Shown here one piece after another: positions 10,000-19,224 of a DNA stretch of 64,000 nt. A program made the position numbers and the translations under genes. Under the pieces are notes generated by a model. It made no database searches. It was not told the DNA's origin and saw only the letters and a list, made by a program, of their open reading frames with translations. The first letter of the stretch is position 1, and each line of letters opens with the position of its first letter. Origin of the DNA: Candidatus Micrarchaeota archaeon (GTDB lineage: Archaea; Micrarchaeota; Micrarchaeia; Norongarragalinales; UBA97); contig JACQBR010000008.1 of NCBI GenBank assembly GCA_016194335.1, positions 864 through 64,863 of the forward strand. Reading direction: 5' to 3'.

Positions 10000-10122
10000 A
10001 CTCCTTCCCTTCCCAACCCGGTTTTTCCCAGGTTCTTCCCAAAGTTGCCCTCCTTTCCTCTTTAACCTTTTTTCCCCCATTTACCGCTTCTTTTATTTAC
10101 CGTCCATTCCCTAATCGCCTCC

Positions 10123-10644
10123 ATGAAAAAACTCCTTTCCCGCGCCCGTGGGCGGCTCAAAAAGCCGCTTGGAAGGCTGCTGGACAAAAGACAGGCAGCC
10201 GCGTTTTTGGAAAGTTGCAAAAAGCACAAGCCGTTCCTCGTCACTGTCGGCGACGCAACCACCGGCCTTGCGCTGGGGCGCGGGATTTCTCCCTCCGTCT
10301 CGGTTGTCGACCTCAAAATCGCGAGGGAGAAAGTCGAAGCCCACCACGTCAAGCAATTGCTTCTTGCCGGCGCGGTGCTGCTTGAGGCTAAAAATGCGCC
10401 GGGAACAATCTCGGTTGAATCGGAGAAGAAAATTGCAGAGGCAATAAAATTTTCAAGGAAGGGGAAGAAGGTAATCCTGCTCATTGACGGCGAGGAAGAC
10501 CTCCTAACCCTGCCCGCAATCGTTTCCGCGCCCGTTGGCGCGCTCGTGCTTTACGGCCAGCCGGGTGAGGGGCTGGTGGCGGTTGAAGTCACTGCGGGGA
10601 AGAAGGGGGAAATCCGTAAAATTCTCGGCACGGGATTCGGCTGA
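10123..10644 (+). CDS. GTP-dependent dephospho-CoA kinase (DUF359 family)
   Basis: VTVGD.TT, NAPGTI, IDGEEDLL.LP, LYGQPGEG motifs. Confidence 0.9.
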   Translation: MKKLLSRARGRLKKPLGRLLDKRQAAAFLESCKKHKPFLVTVGDATTGLALGRGISPSVSVVDLKIAREKVEAHHVKQLLLAGAVLLEAKNAPGTISVESEKKIAEAIKFSRKGKKVILLIDGEEDLLTLPAIVSAPVGALVLYGQPGEGLVAVEVTAGKKGEIRKILGTGFG

Positions 10645-11298
10645 TTACCGCCTGCCCTTTCCCTTCTGCGCCTTTTCCATCTCGCCTGCCATCTGCAGGG
10701 TGATTACGTCGGTGGGAATGGCGTCCTCCTTCTTGAGGCCGAGCTTGGCAACCAGCTCGTAGGCGCGCTTTTCGCTCCTTTCCCGTTGGTGGACGAAGTT
10801 CGTTGCCGGAAGCGCAACTTCGAGAAAATCGCCGAACTCTTCGATGGAGAAGGCTGCGAGCGGGATTTCAAGCGAGGCGAAGCGCCAGACGGTGTATTCG
10901 CGGGCAAGCGCCTCTTCGTAGCCGAGTTCCTGGAGGTCTTCCATCATCTTGTACGCGCTTGTCACTTCAAGGCCCAGCTTTTCCTCCTCTTGCACCATGT
11001 ACGTCTCCGCAACGACGGTCTCCTCTTCGGTCTTCCTGTCCGTGCGCACGAGAAGGTAGGAGAACACGCCTTCGCCGAACTGCTTGGCGTGCACCACTTC
11101 GGAATACTCCCCGCCCCCGAGGAACTTGGCGTGCACTTTCTTCTCAAGGAGCCCCACCGTCTCTTCCGCGTCTTGCAGCGGGAAGGAAAGCCTCGCTTCG
11201 GGAAGCTTCCACTTGAGCTTGTGCTCCTTGCCCAAAGTTTTTTTCCTCACTCCCGCGAGCCTGTCAAGCGCGTTGAGGAGGGGGTTGGCGTCAATCAT
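10645..11298 (-). CDS. CYTH/CyaB-like triphosphate tunnel protein (divergent)
   Basis: C-terminal LQELGY...RE...W...IEEFGDFLEV pattern. Confidence 0.55.
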   Translation of the reverse strand: MIDANPLLNALDRLAGVRKKTLGKEHKLKWKLPEARLSFPLQDAEETVGLLEKKVHAKFLGGGEYSEVVHAKQFGEGVFSYLLVRTDRKTEEETVVAETYMVQEEEKLGLEVTSAYKMMEDLQELGYEEALAREYTVWRFASLEIPLAAFSIEEFGDFLEVALPATNFVHQRERSEKRAYELVAKLGLKKEDAIPTDVITLQMAGEMEKAQKGKGRR

Positions 11299-11468
11299 GT
11301 TCAAACATCTCTTGCAACAGGCGCACTTATGGCAAACCAAGAAAGTCTTGCGGCAGTCTTATCTCGGTTTGCAACTAGCGGATTGCAATGTGGCATTCGC
11401 ATTACTTTTGCAATCCGCTATAAGTATTGAGGAAGCCTGACTAATTAAAAAGCAGCATCACCCCCGAT

Positions 11469-12749
11469 TTAAGGCCCGGCCTTTGCATCAATCTCCGAAG
11501 TTTGGCCACCAAGCAGAAACTCGAGGGCGGCGGTGGCATAGGCGCCCGGGGGCAGGCTGAATTTCAGGAGCACGGCGTTTCCCTCTTGAATTGTTTTGGC
11601 CTCAAAGCCCTTGATGGGAATGAATTGGGCGCGCAGCGTCCCCCTGCTGGCAAGCTCGGGCATCGGCGGCGTGGCGAAGTCCTCCTGCGCAACCCCCTCG
11701 TCGTGGAGGATCTTCCGCTCCAGTTCGTCCAGCTTCGATTCCGTGCCAATGAGGCTTGCGGCAATGAATGCCTTCCCGTCCGCAACCAATGCGCCAATCG
11801 CCTCAGCCTCCTCCCTGTTTTCAATTGTTCTAAACTCGGCGCTTGGAAAGCCGGTTATGGGACTTGCGTTGAAGTAATGGGCGCCCACTGCCGGAGACGC
11901 AATGCCGCGTTCAATCCTTTGCCTCAGGGCCTGGTTGAACAGTTTCGCCTCGAAGGCGTTGACGAACATCAGCTCAAGCGGCCGCGGGAGCTTCCGGATG
12001 GCCCCTACGAAATCAGTGGGGTTCCTCGCAAGGTGGGAGAGCATCATCCGTTCAAAGCGCAGGTGCTTGGGAAAGGCCGAGGCCGCCTTCCTGAAGTCCT
12101 TGCCCGTTGAAAGCTCCTGCCTTGCCCTCACGGCAGCCTCGTTCCTCTCCCCCTGCGTGCCGCAGAGGTATTCCATCGCCGCGGCCTCGAAGTCGCCCTT
12201 GAGCATGAGCCTTCCTACTTCGGCGGTGTTTCCCCTGCTGCCGAACCTCTGGCCCCCGAAAAAGTTAGGCACTACAAAACCGAATTCCTCCGCCCTTTTG
12301 CAGATGGCGCAGGCATCCGGCTCCACTCCGCAATTCCCCCGGTTGAGGGTGATTTCAAACCGGTTGCCCCCCACCGCGCCCAGCTTCACTTTTTCCCGCG
12401 CCTTCCACGCGCCGTTGATTGCAATGTCCTTCACGCGCGTTGCCGCCGCGATGAGGCGCCCGGGCTCGAGGGTGAATGCGCTTGCGAGCTGCACGCTTGT
12501 GGAGTTGCGGTCCTTCGTGCCGGCGAAGTCGAAGCGCCTCCTTGAAACTCCCGCCGCGCGCGCGAGGGCGTCGAGGGCGTCGGTGGTGTTCCAGCCCCGC
12601 TTTTGGAGGATGAAGTGGCAGAAATAGTCCCGCTCGAGGGCCTGGTCATCCTCCCTGCCGAGGGAGAGGGGCTTTCCCAGTTCGAGCAGCGTGCCGTTTG
12701 GCGTGATTTCCTCGACGATGAATTCCTCTGGAGAGAAGTTGAAGCGCAT
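11469..12749 (-). CDS. truD: tRNA pseudouridine(13) synthase TruD
   Basis: PEEFIVEE, FAGTKDR, GNRFEI, PNFFGGQRFG, FSLPPGAYAT. Confidence 0.95.
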   Translation of the reverse strand: MRFNFSPEEFIVEEITPNGTLLELGKPLSLGREDDQALERDYFCHFILQKRGWNTTDALDALARAAGVSRRRFDFAGTKDRNSTSVQLASAFTLEPGRLIAAATRVKDIAINGAWKAREKVKLGAVGGNRFEITLNRGNCGVEPDACAICKRAEEFGFVVPNFFGGQRFGSRGNTAEVGRLMLKGDFEAAAMEYLCGTQGERNEAAVRARQELSTGKDFRKAASAFPKHLRFERMMLSHLARNPTDFVGAIRKLPRPLELMFVNAFEAKLFNQALRQRIERGIASPAVGAHYFNASPITGFPSAEFRTIENREEAEAIGALVADGKAFIAASLIGTESKLDELERKILHDEGVAQEDFATPPMPELASRGTLRAQFIPIKGFEAKTIQEGNAVLLKFSLPPGAYATAALEFLLGGQTSEIDAKAGP

Positions 12750-12790
12750 AGTGAGAGGGGGGGGAGTGGGCACTTGAGATGGATGCCGGT

Positions 12791-13042
12791 TCACAGAAGC
12801 AGCATCGCGATTGCGAACACGACGAAAACGACTACCGAGAACCACGTGCTCACGTACGCAACCGCCGCCAGCACGAGCGGGACGGCAATGGCCCAGAGGA
12901 GCATCGTGGGGTTGTTCACGCTGAGGTGCGCCCCGTACGCCACGCCAAGGGCGAAGATTATGAAGATGAATGCCGCAAACCGCCTGAGAGTGAGGGTGAG
13001 GCTGTCGACGATGGAATATCCGATGTCCTCAAGCAGACCCAT
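12791..13042 (-). CDS. Small multi-pass membrane protein
   Basis: 83 aa, three hydrophobic segments. Confidence 0.65.
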   Translation of the reverse strand: MGLLEDIGYSIVDSLTLTLRRFAAFIFIIFALGVAYGAHLSVNNPTMLLWAIAVPLVLAAVAYVSTWFSVVVFVVFAIAMLLL

Positions 13043-13163
13043 TCAAACCAGCCTTTTATCTCATCAAGTTTTCCATTGTTTTTTGCAAACCGCGGCCAGC
13101 AAAACTAATCCGGTGCCTTTGTGCAAATCGCGATTTCCATTACCTTAGCGCTTTCCCGCCTTT

Positions 13164-14861
13164 TTATCTGTATCGAAGGAACGCGCCGATGCCCTTGAAC
13201 GTTCCGTAGAACTGGTCGCCCTCTGCCGTTTCGCGCGATATCATCTCAACCACCACCCCCCTCTCCTCTGCAAGGCCGATGATGTCGTTGATGAGGTCCG
13301 TCTCTTTCTCAATCCTGAACTTTCCGCTCTTGCACTCGCTGCAGTCCTCCATGTGGGCGTTGTTGGTGCTTTGGATGGTCTTGGAAAAGCCGCACTGGCC
13401 GCACTTGAGCTGCAGTTCGTAGAGGTTCTGGTTTTCGCTTACGAGAAGCATCTTGGCCTGGTTGGCCTCAATTGCCTTTTTCACGTTGCCGTAGTTGGAG
13501 ACCACGAGCCCGCCGCGCACCGCCTCCTTGAGGAATTCGTCAAGAAGCTTCTTTTCCCTCACCGCCTCCTGCTCTGAAATCAGGTCCGAGGCCTTCTCCA
13601 TCACTTCCCTAAGGCCGTACTCGTCGGTATAGCCCGTGTCGACGATGCCGAGAATCTTGAGCTGGTAGTTGAACGGCGCGGCCTTCACCAAATCCTCCTT
13701 CGCCGGCCCCGGCCCTCCGACAATGACGCCCTTGAAGTTCTTCACCTCCAGAAACGCCGCCATCGCCTCGCCGATGCGCTCCTGGAAATACTCGATTCCC
13801 TCCTCGCGCAGCCGCGAGAAGCGCTGGGATGAGTTGTGCGCGACAATGCCGTTTGCGATGAAGTTCTCGTTCCCGGGTATTTCGAGGTCGTAGAAAAATG
13901 CCGTTGGATTGCGAATCACTTGAATAAAATCGATGGGGGAAATTGAGAGCTGGGAGAGAAGGGAGATTGAAGAGGTTGAGGCATTTTCCGCCGTAGAGTG
14001 GTTTAAATTCCCTTTTGAAAGCAGGCGTTCGCCGACGCTGAGGTCTTCTGCAAACCTTTCCCTCACCCTGCCGTTTTCGGAAACGAAGAAGCGGTGCTCT
14101 TTGGTGGCAATTATTTCTCCGCCGTTTCCAGTCTTGATTAGGAGCGCATCGTCAGAATTTCTCGCAAAAACATTGATGCATTCCTGTTCTTCAAATAGCT
14201 GGGTTTTCCAGTTGAACGAGAGCAGTTTATCTCCTGGCTTAACTTCCCGAATTTCCTTTATTTCCCCGCTGGCCATTTGCACCAACGTTTTTTCATGGAG
14301 GCACTGTCCACCTTTATGAGTCTTGGCATGCGCGGTCGAGTGGATTTGCTTGATGACTTTTATGTTCTTGCCCTTGAGCACCGCCACGGTCGCTTCCTTG
14401 CCGTCCATCACCACCAGCCCGTAAGCGCCGCTGTGCTCCACAAGCTCCTCAAGCGGCTCGAGGACGAAAGTGGATTCGCAGCGGTAGAACTGGGCGTTGA
14501 GGGGAACGGGCGGGACGATGGAATAGAGCTGCAAATCCTGCCTCCCTTCGGTTTCGGAGAGGTTGCCGCAGAAAATCGCCATTCCCGTCTTTGGCGTTTC
14601 GCGAAACGTCTTGAGGTACTGCACTATCTTTTCCAGCGCGGCAATCACGTTCTTGCGCGTGGAGGTGCTCTTGATGTTCGTCGCCGCGCCGGCCTCTTCC
14701 TTGAGCTTGCCGGCAATCTCGCTGATGGGATAGCCGGGAGTCATGTACACGCTGATGAGCTCGGTTCCCCTGCCCCGGAATTCCCTAAGCGACTTTATCT
14801 GCTTCTTGAACTCGTAAATCTCCCTGCTCTTCTGCGAGGAGAGGTCAGCACTGATTGCCAT
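13164..14861 (-). CDS. prf1: Peptide chain release factor aRF1, intein-containing
   Basis: GRGTELIS, NIKS, YRCES, HKGGQ|S..RF; 408 aa after intein removal. Confidence 0.97.
   Translation of the reverse strand: MAISADLSSQKSREIYEFKKQIKSLREFRGRGTELISVYMTPGYPISEIAGKLKEEAGAATNIKSTSTRKNVIAALEKIVQYLKTFRETPKTGMAIFCGNLSETEGRQDLQLYSIVPPVPLNAQFYRCESTFVLEPLEELVEHSGAYGLVVMDGKEATVAVLKGKNIKVIKQIHSTAHAKTHKGGQCLHEKTLVQMASGEIKEIREVKPGDKLLSFNWKTQLFEEQECINVFARNSDDALLIKTGNGGEIIATKEHRFFVSENGRVRERFAEDLSVGERLLSKGNLNHSTAENASTSSISLLSQLSISPIDFIQVIRNPTAFFYDLEIPGNENFIANGIVAHNSSQRFSRLREEGIEYFQERIGEAMAAFLEVKNFKGVIVGGPGPAKEDLVKAAPFNYQLKILGIVDTGYTDEYGLREVMEKASDLISEQEAVREKKLLDEFLKEAVRGGLVVSNYGNVKKAIEANQAKMLLVSENQNLYELQLKCGQCGFSKTIQSTNNAHMEDCSECKSGKFRIEKETDLINDIIGLAEERGVVVEMISRETAEGDQFYGTFKGIGAFLRYR
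13833..14303 (-). mobile_element. Mini-intein (157 aa, no endonuclease) inserted directly after the GGQ motif of aRF1
   Basis: CLHEKT start, ATKEHRFF block B, YDLEI...NFIANGIVAHN end followed by Ser; lower GC than the host gene. Confidence 0.95.
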
Positions 14862-14931
14862 AAGAGGTAATTAGAAGGAGGAAGTTTAAAGGGGTGACTG
14901 ATTTAATCGCCTGCTTTGTCGGGGGTGGAAA

Positions 14932-15564
14932 CTACTCGATGCTCACGCGCCGGTATTTCCCGAGGCGGGGCGTGACTGCCTGGTGGGTATTTCCCAGCAG
15001 TATCACGACGTCAGGTTGCGCTTTTCCTATCCGCCGCACGATTGAGTCGTGGTAAATCCCGCGCAGCCTGCCCAATTTTTTCTCATGAGCTTCGGCTTGC
15101 AGCGAAGCGCGCTGGGAGTCTTGGGCAGTTTTGGCTTCACTGGCCTTCTGCCTTGAATTGAGGATGGCGGCTTGGAGGTAATCCATTTTTCTCATGCACG
15201 AGCCGCTCTGTATTCCGCGTATCTCCATGCCTAACTTCCTTGCGTGCAGGATGGCGTGAATCAGCGGAGGCATTCCGACGCCCGCCCCTTCCTGCTCGCC
15301 GTAATCCTCAAGGCCCCTTTCAATTTCCGGGATGTGTTCGGGGCGTATCTTGTCAGTCAGTTCCTTCGTGAATTCCACTGCCAATGTTCTTGCCCCGTTT
15401 TTGCGGGCCCGGTCGATCTCCGTTTCCAGCCGGCTTATCGTAGATTCGGATTGCGCAATGGCATGGCCTTTCGGTATCAAGCTCCCCAATAGCCCTATCG
15501 CTATTTTTTCAGGTTTTTTCTCCAGTTCCCCCGCCGTAAATCCCGCCACCGAACTCACCCTCAC
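14932..15564 (-). CDS. Hypothetical protein
   Basis: 210-aa ORF overlapping the serS stop by 4 nt. Confidence 0.6.
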   Translation of the reverse strand: MRVSSVAGFTAGELEKKPEKIAIGLLGSLIPKGHAIAQSESTISRLETEIDRARKNGARTLAVEFTKELTDKIRPEHIPEIERGLEDYGEQEGAGVGMPPLIHAILHARKLGMEIRGIQSGSCMRKMDYLQAAILNSRQKASEAKTAQDSQRASLQAEAHEKKLGRLRGIYHDSIVRRIGKAQPDVVILLGNTHQAVTPRLGKYRRVSIE

Positions 15565-16880
15565 GTCGTCTTCGGCCTTTTTACCGGCCGTAGTTTTTCA
15601 AGCCCGTTCATGTAGGGCTGGAGGGCCTTGGGAATAAGCACGCTGCCGTCCTTCTGCTGGCAGTTTTCCAGAATCGAGCGCATTGCCCTTGAAGTGGCAA
15701 CGGCAGTTGAGTTGAGCGTGTGGCAGTATTCCTTCTCCTCCCCTCCCTTGCGCGTGCGGTATTTCACGCTGAGGCCAACTGCCTGGTAATCGGTGCAGTT
15801 GCTGCAACTGACTGCCTCCTTGTACTCGGCCTCGCGGGGCATCCACACTTCGAGGTCGAGTTTTTTCGCCGCGACGGTGCCGATGTCGCCCGTGCAGATT
15901 GAAACGATGCGGTATGGAAGCCCTAGTTTCTGGAAAATAAGCTCCGCGTTGGCAATCAGCTCGTCGAAAATCTTCCAGCTTTCCTCCTGCTTGCAGAAGA
16001 CGAATTGCTCCACCTTGTTGAACTGGTGCATCCGGAAAAGCCCCCTCGTGTCAACCCCGTGGCTGCCGATTTCCTTCCTGAAGCACGGGCTCACCCCCGC
16101 GAGCCTGACGGGAAGGTCCTCCGGCTCGAAAATGTCGCCCGCGTGCATCGCGGCAATCGCGTGCTCGCTCGTCGCTATGAGATACTTGTCCATCCCCTCG
16201 ATTTTGTACATCATGGTCTCGAAATCGGCAAGGTCCGTGACGCCTTCATAAGGCGCCTTGTCAACCATGAGCGGGACCTCGATTATGGTGAAGCCCCTTT
16301 TTTCGAGGGTGTCAAGCGCGAAGAGCTGGAGGGCGAAGTCGAGACGCGCGAGGTCGCCCAATAGATAGGCGAATCCCGCGCCGCTTGCCTTTGCCGCGCG
16401 GGAGAAATCAGCCCAGCCGTTCTCCTCCGCCAGCTCGCCGTGCACCTTCAGCTCAAAGTGTGGCTTTTTGGGTTCCTTCCCTTCCGGCCATTTTCTCACA
16501 ACGGCGTTGTCGCTCCCGTCTTTCCCCACGGGGACGCTGTGGTGCAGGATGTTTGGAAATTTGCGGACCGCCACTGCAATTTCCTCGTCGAGATACTTGG
16601 CGCGGTCCTCGTTTTCCCTAATCAGCCCCGGGATTTTCGACGCTTCCTTCTTGAGCTCGTCCGCCTTTCTCTTCTCCCCCGCCTTTATCGCCTCGGAAAT
16701 GCCGCGCGTGACCTGGTTGCGCCTCGCGCGCAGCTCGTCGCCCTCCACCTGGAGCTTGCGCCTCTCCGAATCGTTGCTGAGCAATTCGTCAAGGACTTCG
16801 AGCTTTTCCTTCCGGCCCCTCTTCTGGAGGTCCCTCTTCACGATGTCGGGATTGTTGCGGATGAAGCGGAGGTCGAGCAT
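15561..16880 (-). CDS. serS: Serine--tRNA ligase
   Basis: MLDLRFIR, LIATSEH, CFRKE, RGLFRMHQFNKVEQF, SCSNCTDYQ, HTLNSTA. Confidence 0.98.
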   Translation of the reverse strand: MLDLRFIRNNPDIVKRDLQKRGRKEKLEVLDELLSNDSERRKLQVEGDELRARRNQVTRGISEAIKAGEKRKADELKKEASKIPGLIRENEDRAKYLDEEIAVAVRKFPNILHHSVPVGKDGSDNAVVRKWPEGKEPKKPHFELKVHGELAEENGWADFSRAAKASGAGFAYLLGDLARLDFALQLFALDTLEKRGFTIIEVPLMVDKAPYEGVTDLADFETMMYKIEGMDKYLIATSEHAIAAMHAGDIFEPEDLPVRLAGVSPCFRKEIGSHGVDTRGLFRMHQFNKVEQFVFCKQEESWKIFDELIANAELIFQKLGLPYRIVSICTGDIGTVAAKKLDLEVWMPREAEYKEAVSCSNCTDYQAVGLSVKYRTRKGGEEKEYCHTLNSTAVATSRAMRSILENCQQKDGSVLIPKALQPYMNGLEKLRPVKRPKTT

Positions 16881-16890
16881 GTGGTTTTTC

Positions 16891-17115
16891 CTACGAGTAT
16901 TTCAGGAAATCTTCGCGGCTTATGGCTAAATCCTTTCTTATCATCTTGTTGAGCGGCCCCCTGTCGATGTCTTCCCCGCCGTGGTTTGGAACAAGCGTGG
17001 TCCTTCCGTCCGCATGCCTGAAGAAAGCGTGGCTTCCTTCTTGGCGGATGAGCTCAAAACCCGTTTTATGAAGAATCTTTGTCAACTCTTTTGCATTAAG
17101 CAGTGGGAGTTTCAA
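16891..17115 (-). CDS. hicA: HicA-family toxin
   Basis: GF...RQEGSH..F.H.DGR.T.VP.H. Confidence 0.92.
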   Translation of the reverse strand: MKLPLLNAKELTKILHKTGFELIRQEGSHAFFRHADGRTTLVPNHGGEDIDRGPLNKMIRKDLAISREDFLKYS

Positions 17116-17334
17116 TCAAACCGCCACTTTTTGCACTCCTATAAACTTGTGAAGTTCTTCCCCCGCCCCTTCAACCTTGAGGTAAAGCGCAATAGCCTCT
17201 TTGGTTCTCCGCATGAGCTCGTAAAGCGTCTTGGTTTGAGTGTGGCAGCCGGGCAGTTCGACGACCTCAGAAATGAGGCAGCCGTCTTCCCCCTCTTCAA
17301 TAACGACGGTAAACTCGTTGGTCACTTTGCTCAC
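17116..17334 (-). CDS. hicB: Short HicB-family antitoxin
   Basis: VVIEEGEDG...ELPGCHTQ.KT..E....KEAIALYL. Confidence 0.9.
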   Translation of the reverse strand: MSKVTNEFTVVIEEGEDGCLISEVVELPGCHTQTKTLYELMRRTKEAIALYLKVEGAGEELHKFIGVQKVAV

Positions 17335-17418
17335 CTTCTGAATTTCTTGTGATTAAATACCCTTAGCGCCAAAATGGTATAAGAAGCATTCGTCGAAAGA
17401 GAGTTGGCTGTTGCCGTG

Positions 17419-17994
17419 TTATTTTCGCAACATCTCGCTTCTCGCCGCCTCGAGCTGGCCGCGCAGCACGTCCTGCTTGTGCTTGAGGGGACCGACGAGG
17501 GAGGAGGAGAACTTCACGAGCATGAGGTTGTCGTAAAGCTCGTTCATCTTCCCGAAGTAGTATTCCGCCTGTTTTTTCTTTCCCGCCAAGAGCGAGTTTT
17601 GCAGCGCGCGGCGCAGTTCTCCGGAGCAGTCGGCAAGGCCGTTGAGGTACGCCACGGGCGTGACTTTGAGCTCTTCGTGCGTGGGGAATTCCCTGTGCTC
17701 GTACACCGCGAGGAGCGAGGAGATTTCGACGAACTCCTGGTAGCACTGGAAGCTTATGTTTTCAAGCCCGTGGTCGATTTCGCGCATGTGGGCCGCGAGG
17801 CCCCCGATTCTGGTCAGCCCTTCCTTCGCGCCGGCGATGTTCCCCGTGTGGATGTCTTTGATTGCCGAAGCGCTCTCGCGGATGATCTGCCTTGAGAGCT
17901 GGAGGACCTCATCCTGCCTCTTCTCCTTTTCGGCAAATTCCTTCACGATGAATTCGATGCAGTCGCGCCAGTTGGTTGCCTTGCTTTTTTCCAT
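17419..17994 (-). CDS. Translin/TRAX-family protein
   Basis: SRQIIRES..AI..IH, QEFVE, YLNGLAD..GELRR. Confidence 0.85.
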   Translation of the reverse strand: MEKSKATNWRDCIEFIVKEFAEKEKRQDEVLQLSRQIIRESASAIKDIHTGNIAGAKEGLTRIGGLAAHMREIDHGLENISFQCYQEFVEISSLLAVYEHREFPTHEELKVTPVAYLNGLADCSGELRRALQNSLLAGKKKQAEYYFGKMNELYDNLMLVKFSSSLVGPLKHKQDVLRGQLEAARSEMLRK

Positions 17995-18471
17995 AACCAG
18001 ATTAGCGCTTAGCACATTTAAGTTACTTCCCAAAGGCCGGGAAGACACGGCTTTCCGCCAGCGCTTTCGATGCGGTGCGAAGCCAGCAAACCAAAGCAGC
18101 GTTTTACGCTAATCTGGCTTCACGCCGCAGAGCGACGAACGTAGCGAATATTTTCCGTAAACGCTTTTCGAGCGCGCCGAGGAGGCGAAGCCGACGAGCA
18201 AGCGAGGAAAAGGGTTTAGCGAGCGAAGAAAGGGTTGTGGTGGGGGGTCGTTCTCCGTCAACGCTTTCGAGAGCACCTTGACGAGCCCGTAGGCGAGGAG
18301 AGTGCTCGAAGAAAGGGTTGTTGGAAAAGAGGTGCACAGAGCACCAGACCGTTTGGAATTGCCTCCTTGGGGTTGCCTTGCTTTCCTCTTTTCCAAACTA
18401 AGTTCGTCCGTTTTTCCATAAATAGCTTGCGGCCCGTTTGGGCTGCGGTGATTTATATTTTGGCTCAAATA

Positions 18472-19167
18472 ATGAATCCGGCAATGAAGGCGAAAACCAA
18501 GGGCGGGGAGACCATCGCTTCGGCCGTGAGGCGCGCGGTGACTGGCAAGCCGGCAATCGCCGACGCCCTCAAGCTGGGCGTGGTGAACTACCACGCGCTC
18601 GCGAGGCTCGTTTCCGGCGAGGTGGGCGGGCCGGGCACCGATGCGGTGGTAAGCGCGCTCAAGCGGCTCCGGAGGGAGCTGGAATATTCCCGTTGGGATG
18701 AGGGGATAAGGGAGCTCGTGGCAAATTCCACCGTAAGCCTCAGGCCGGATGTTGCCGTGATTACCCTGCCCGCAGGGTTCGACTGGAAGAGCCTGCAGGC
18801 TTCCCTCAGGGCGTTCCAGGTGGTGGAAGGCCCCAACGCCACCATCATCGTGGTGGACGAGCGGGTGCTTGATTCCTCCAGCTCTCCCCTGACCAAGGGC
18901 TTTGGCGTGAGGCGCGGGCTTGCCGCCGTTACCCTCAAGTCGCCTTCGGAAATGATGGACACCCCCGGGGCGCTTTGCCACTTCCTCTTCCCCATAGGCC
19001 TCAACGGCATCAACATCGAGGAGGTGATGAGCTGCTATACCGACAAGATCATCATCTTCAAGCTCGAGGACGCGCAGAATGCATTCACCATCCTCAACGA
19101 CCTCATCAGGAAAACAAGGGAGGAACTCAAGTCCGGGGCGGGCAGGCTCGTGAAGGTCCCAAAATAG
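18472..19167 (+). CDS. ACT-domain regulatory protein
   Basis: LKLGVVNYHALAR N-terminus; TPG...GINIEEVMSCYTD ACT-like C-terminus. Confidence 0.8.
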   Translation: MNPAMKAKTKGGETIASAVRRAVTGKPAIADALKLGVVNYHALARLVSGEVGGPGTDAVVSALKRLRRELEYSRWDEGIRELVANSTVSLRPDVAVITLPAGFDWKSLQASLRAFQVVEGPNATIIVVDERVLDSSSSPLTKGFGVRRGLAAVTLKSPSEMMDTPGALCHFLFPIGLNGINIEEVMSCYTDKIIIFKLEDAQNAFTILNDLIRKTREELKSGAGRLVKVPK

Positions 19168-19224
19168 GTTTCGGGGTTTTTATCAAAACGCATTTAACTT
19201 CCCTGCGCGTTAATCTGCATCAGG

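Noticed and set aside
18321..18400. RNase P RNA (GAGGAAAG on the minus strand)
   Set aside because: It lacks the following UCC and the 3' conserved region, and the element is too short.
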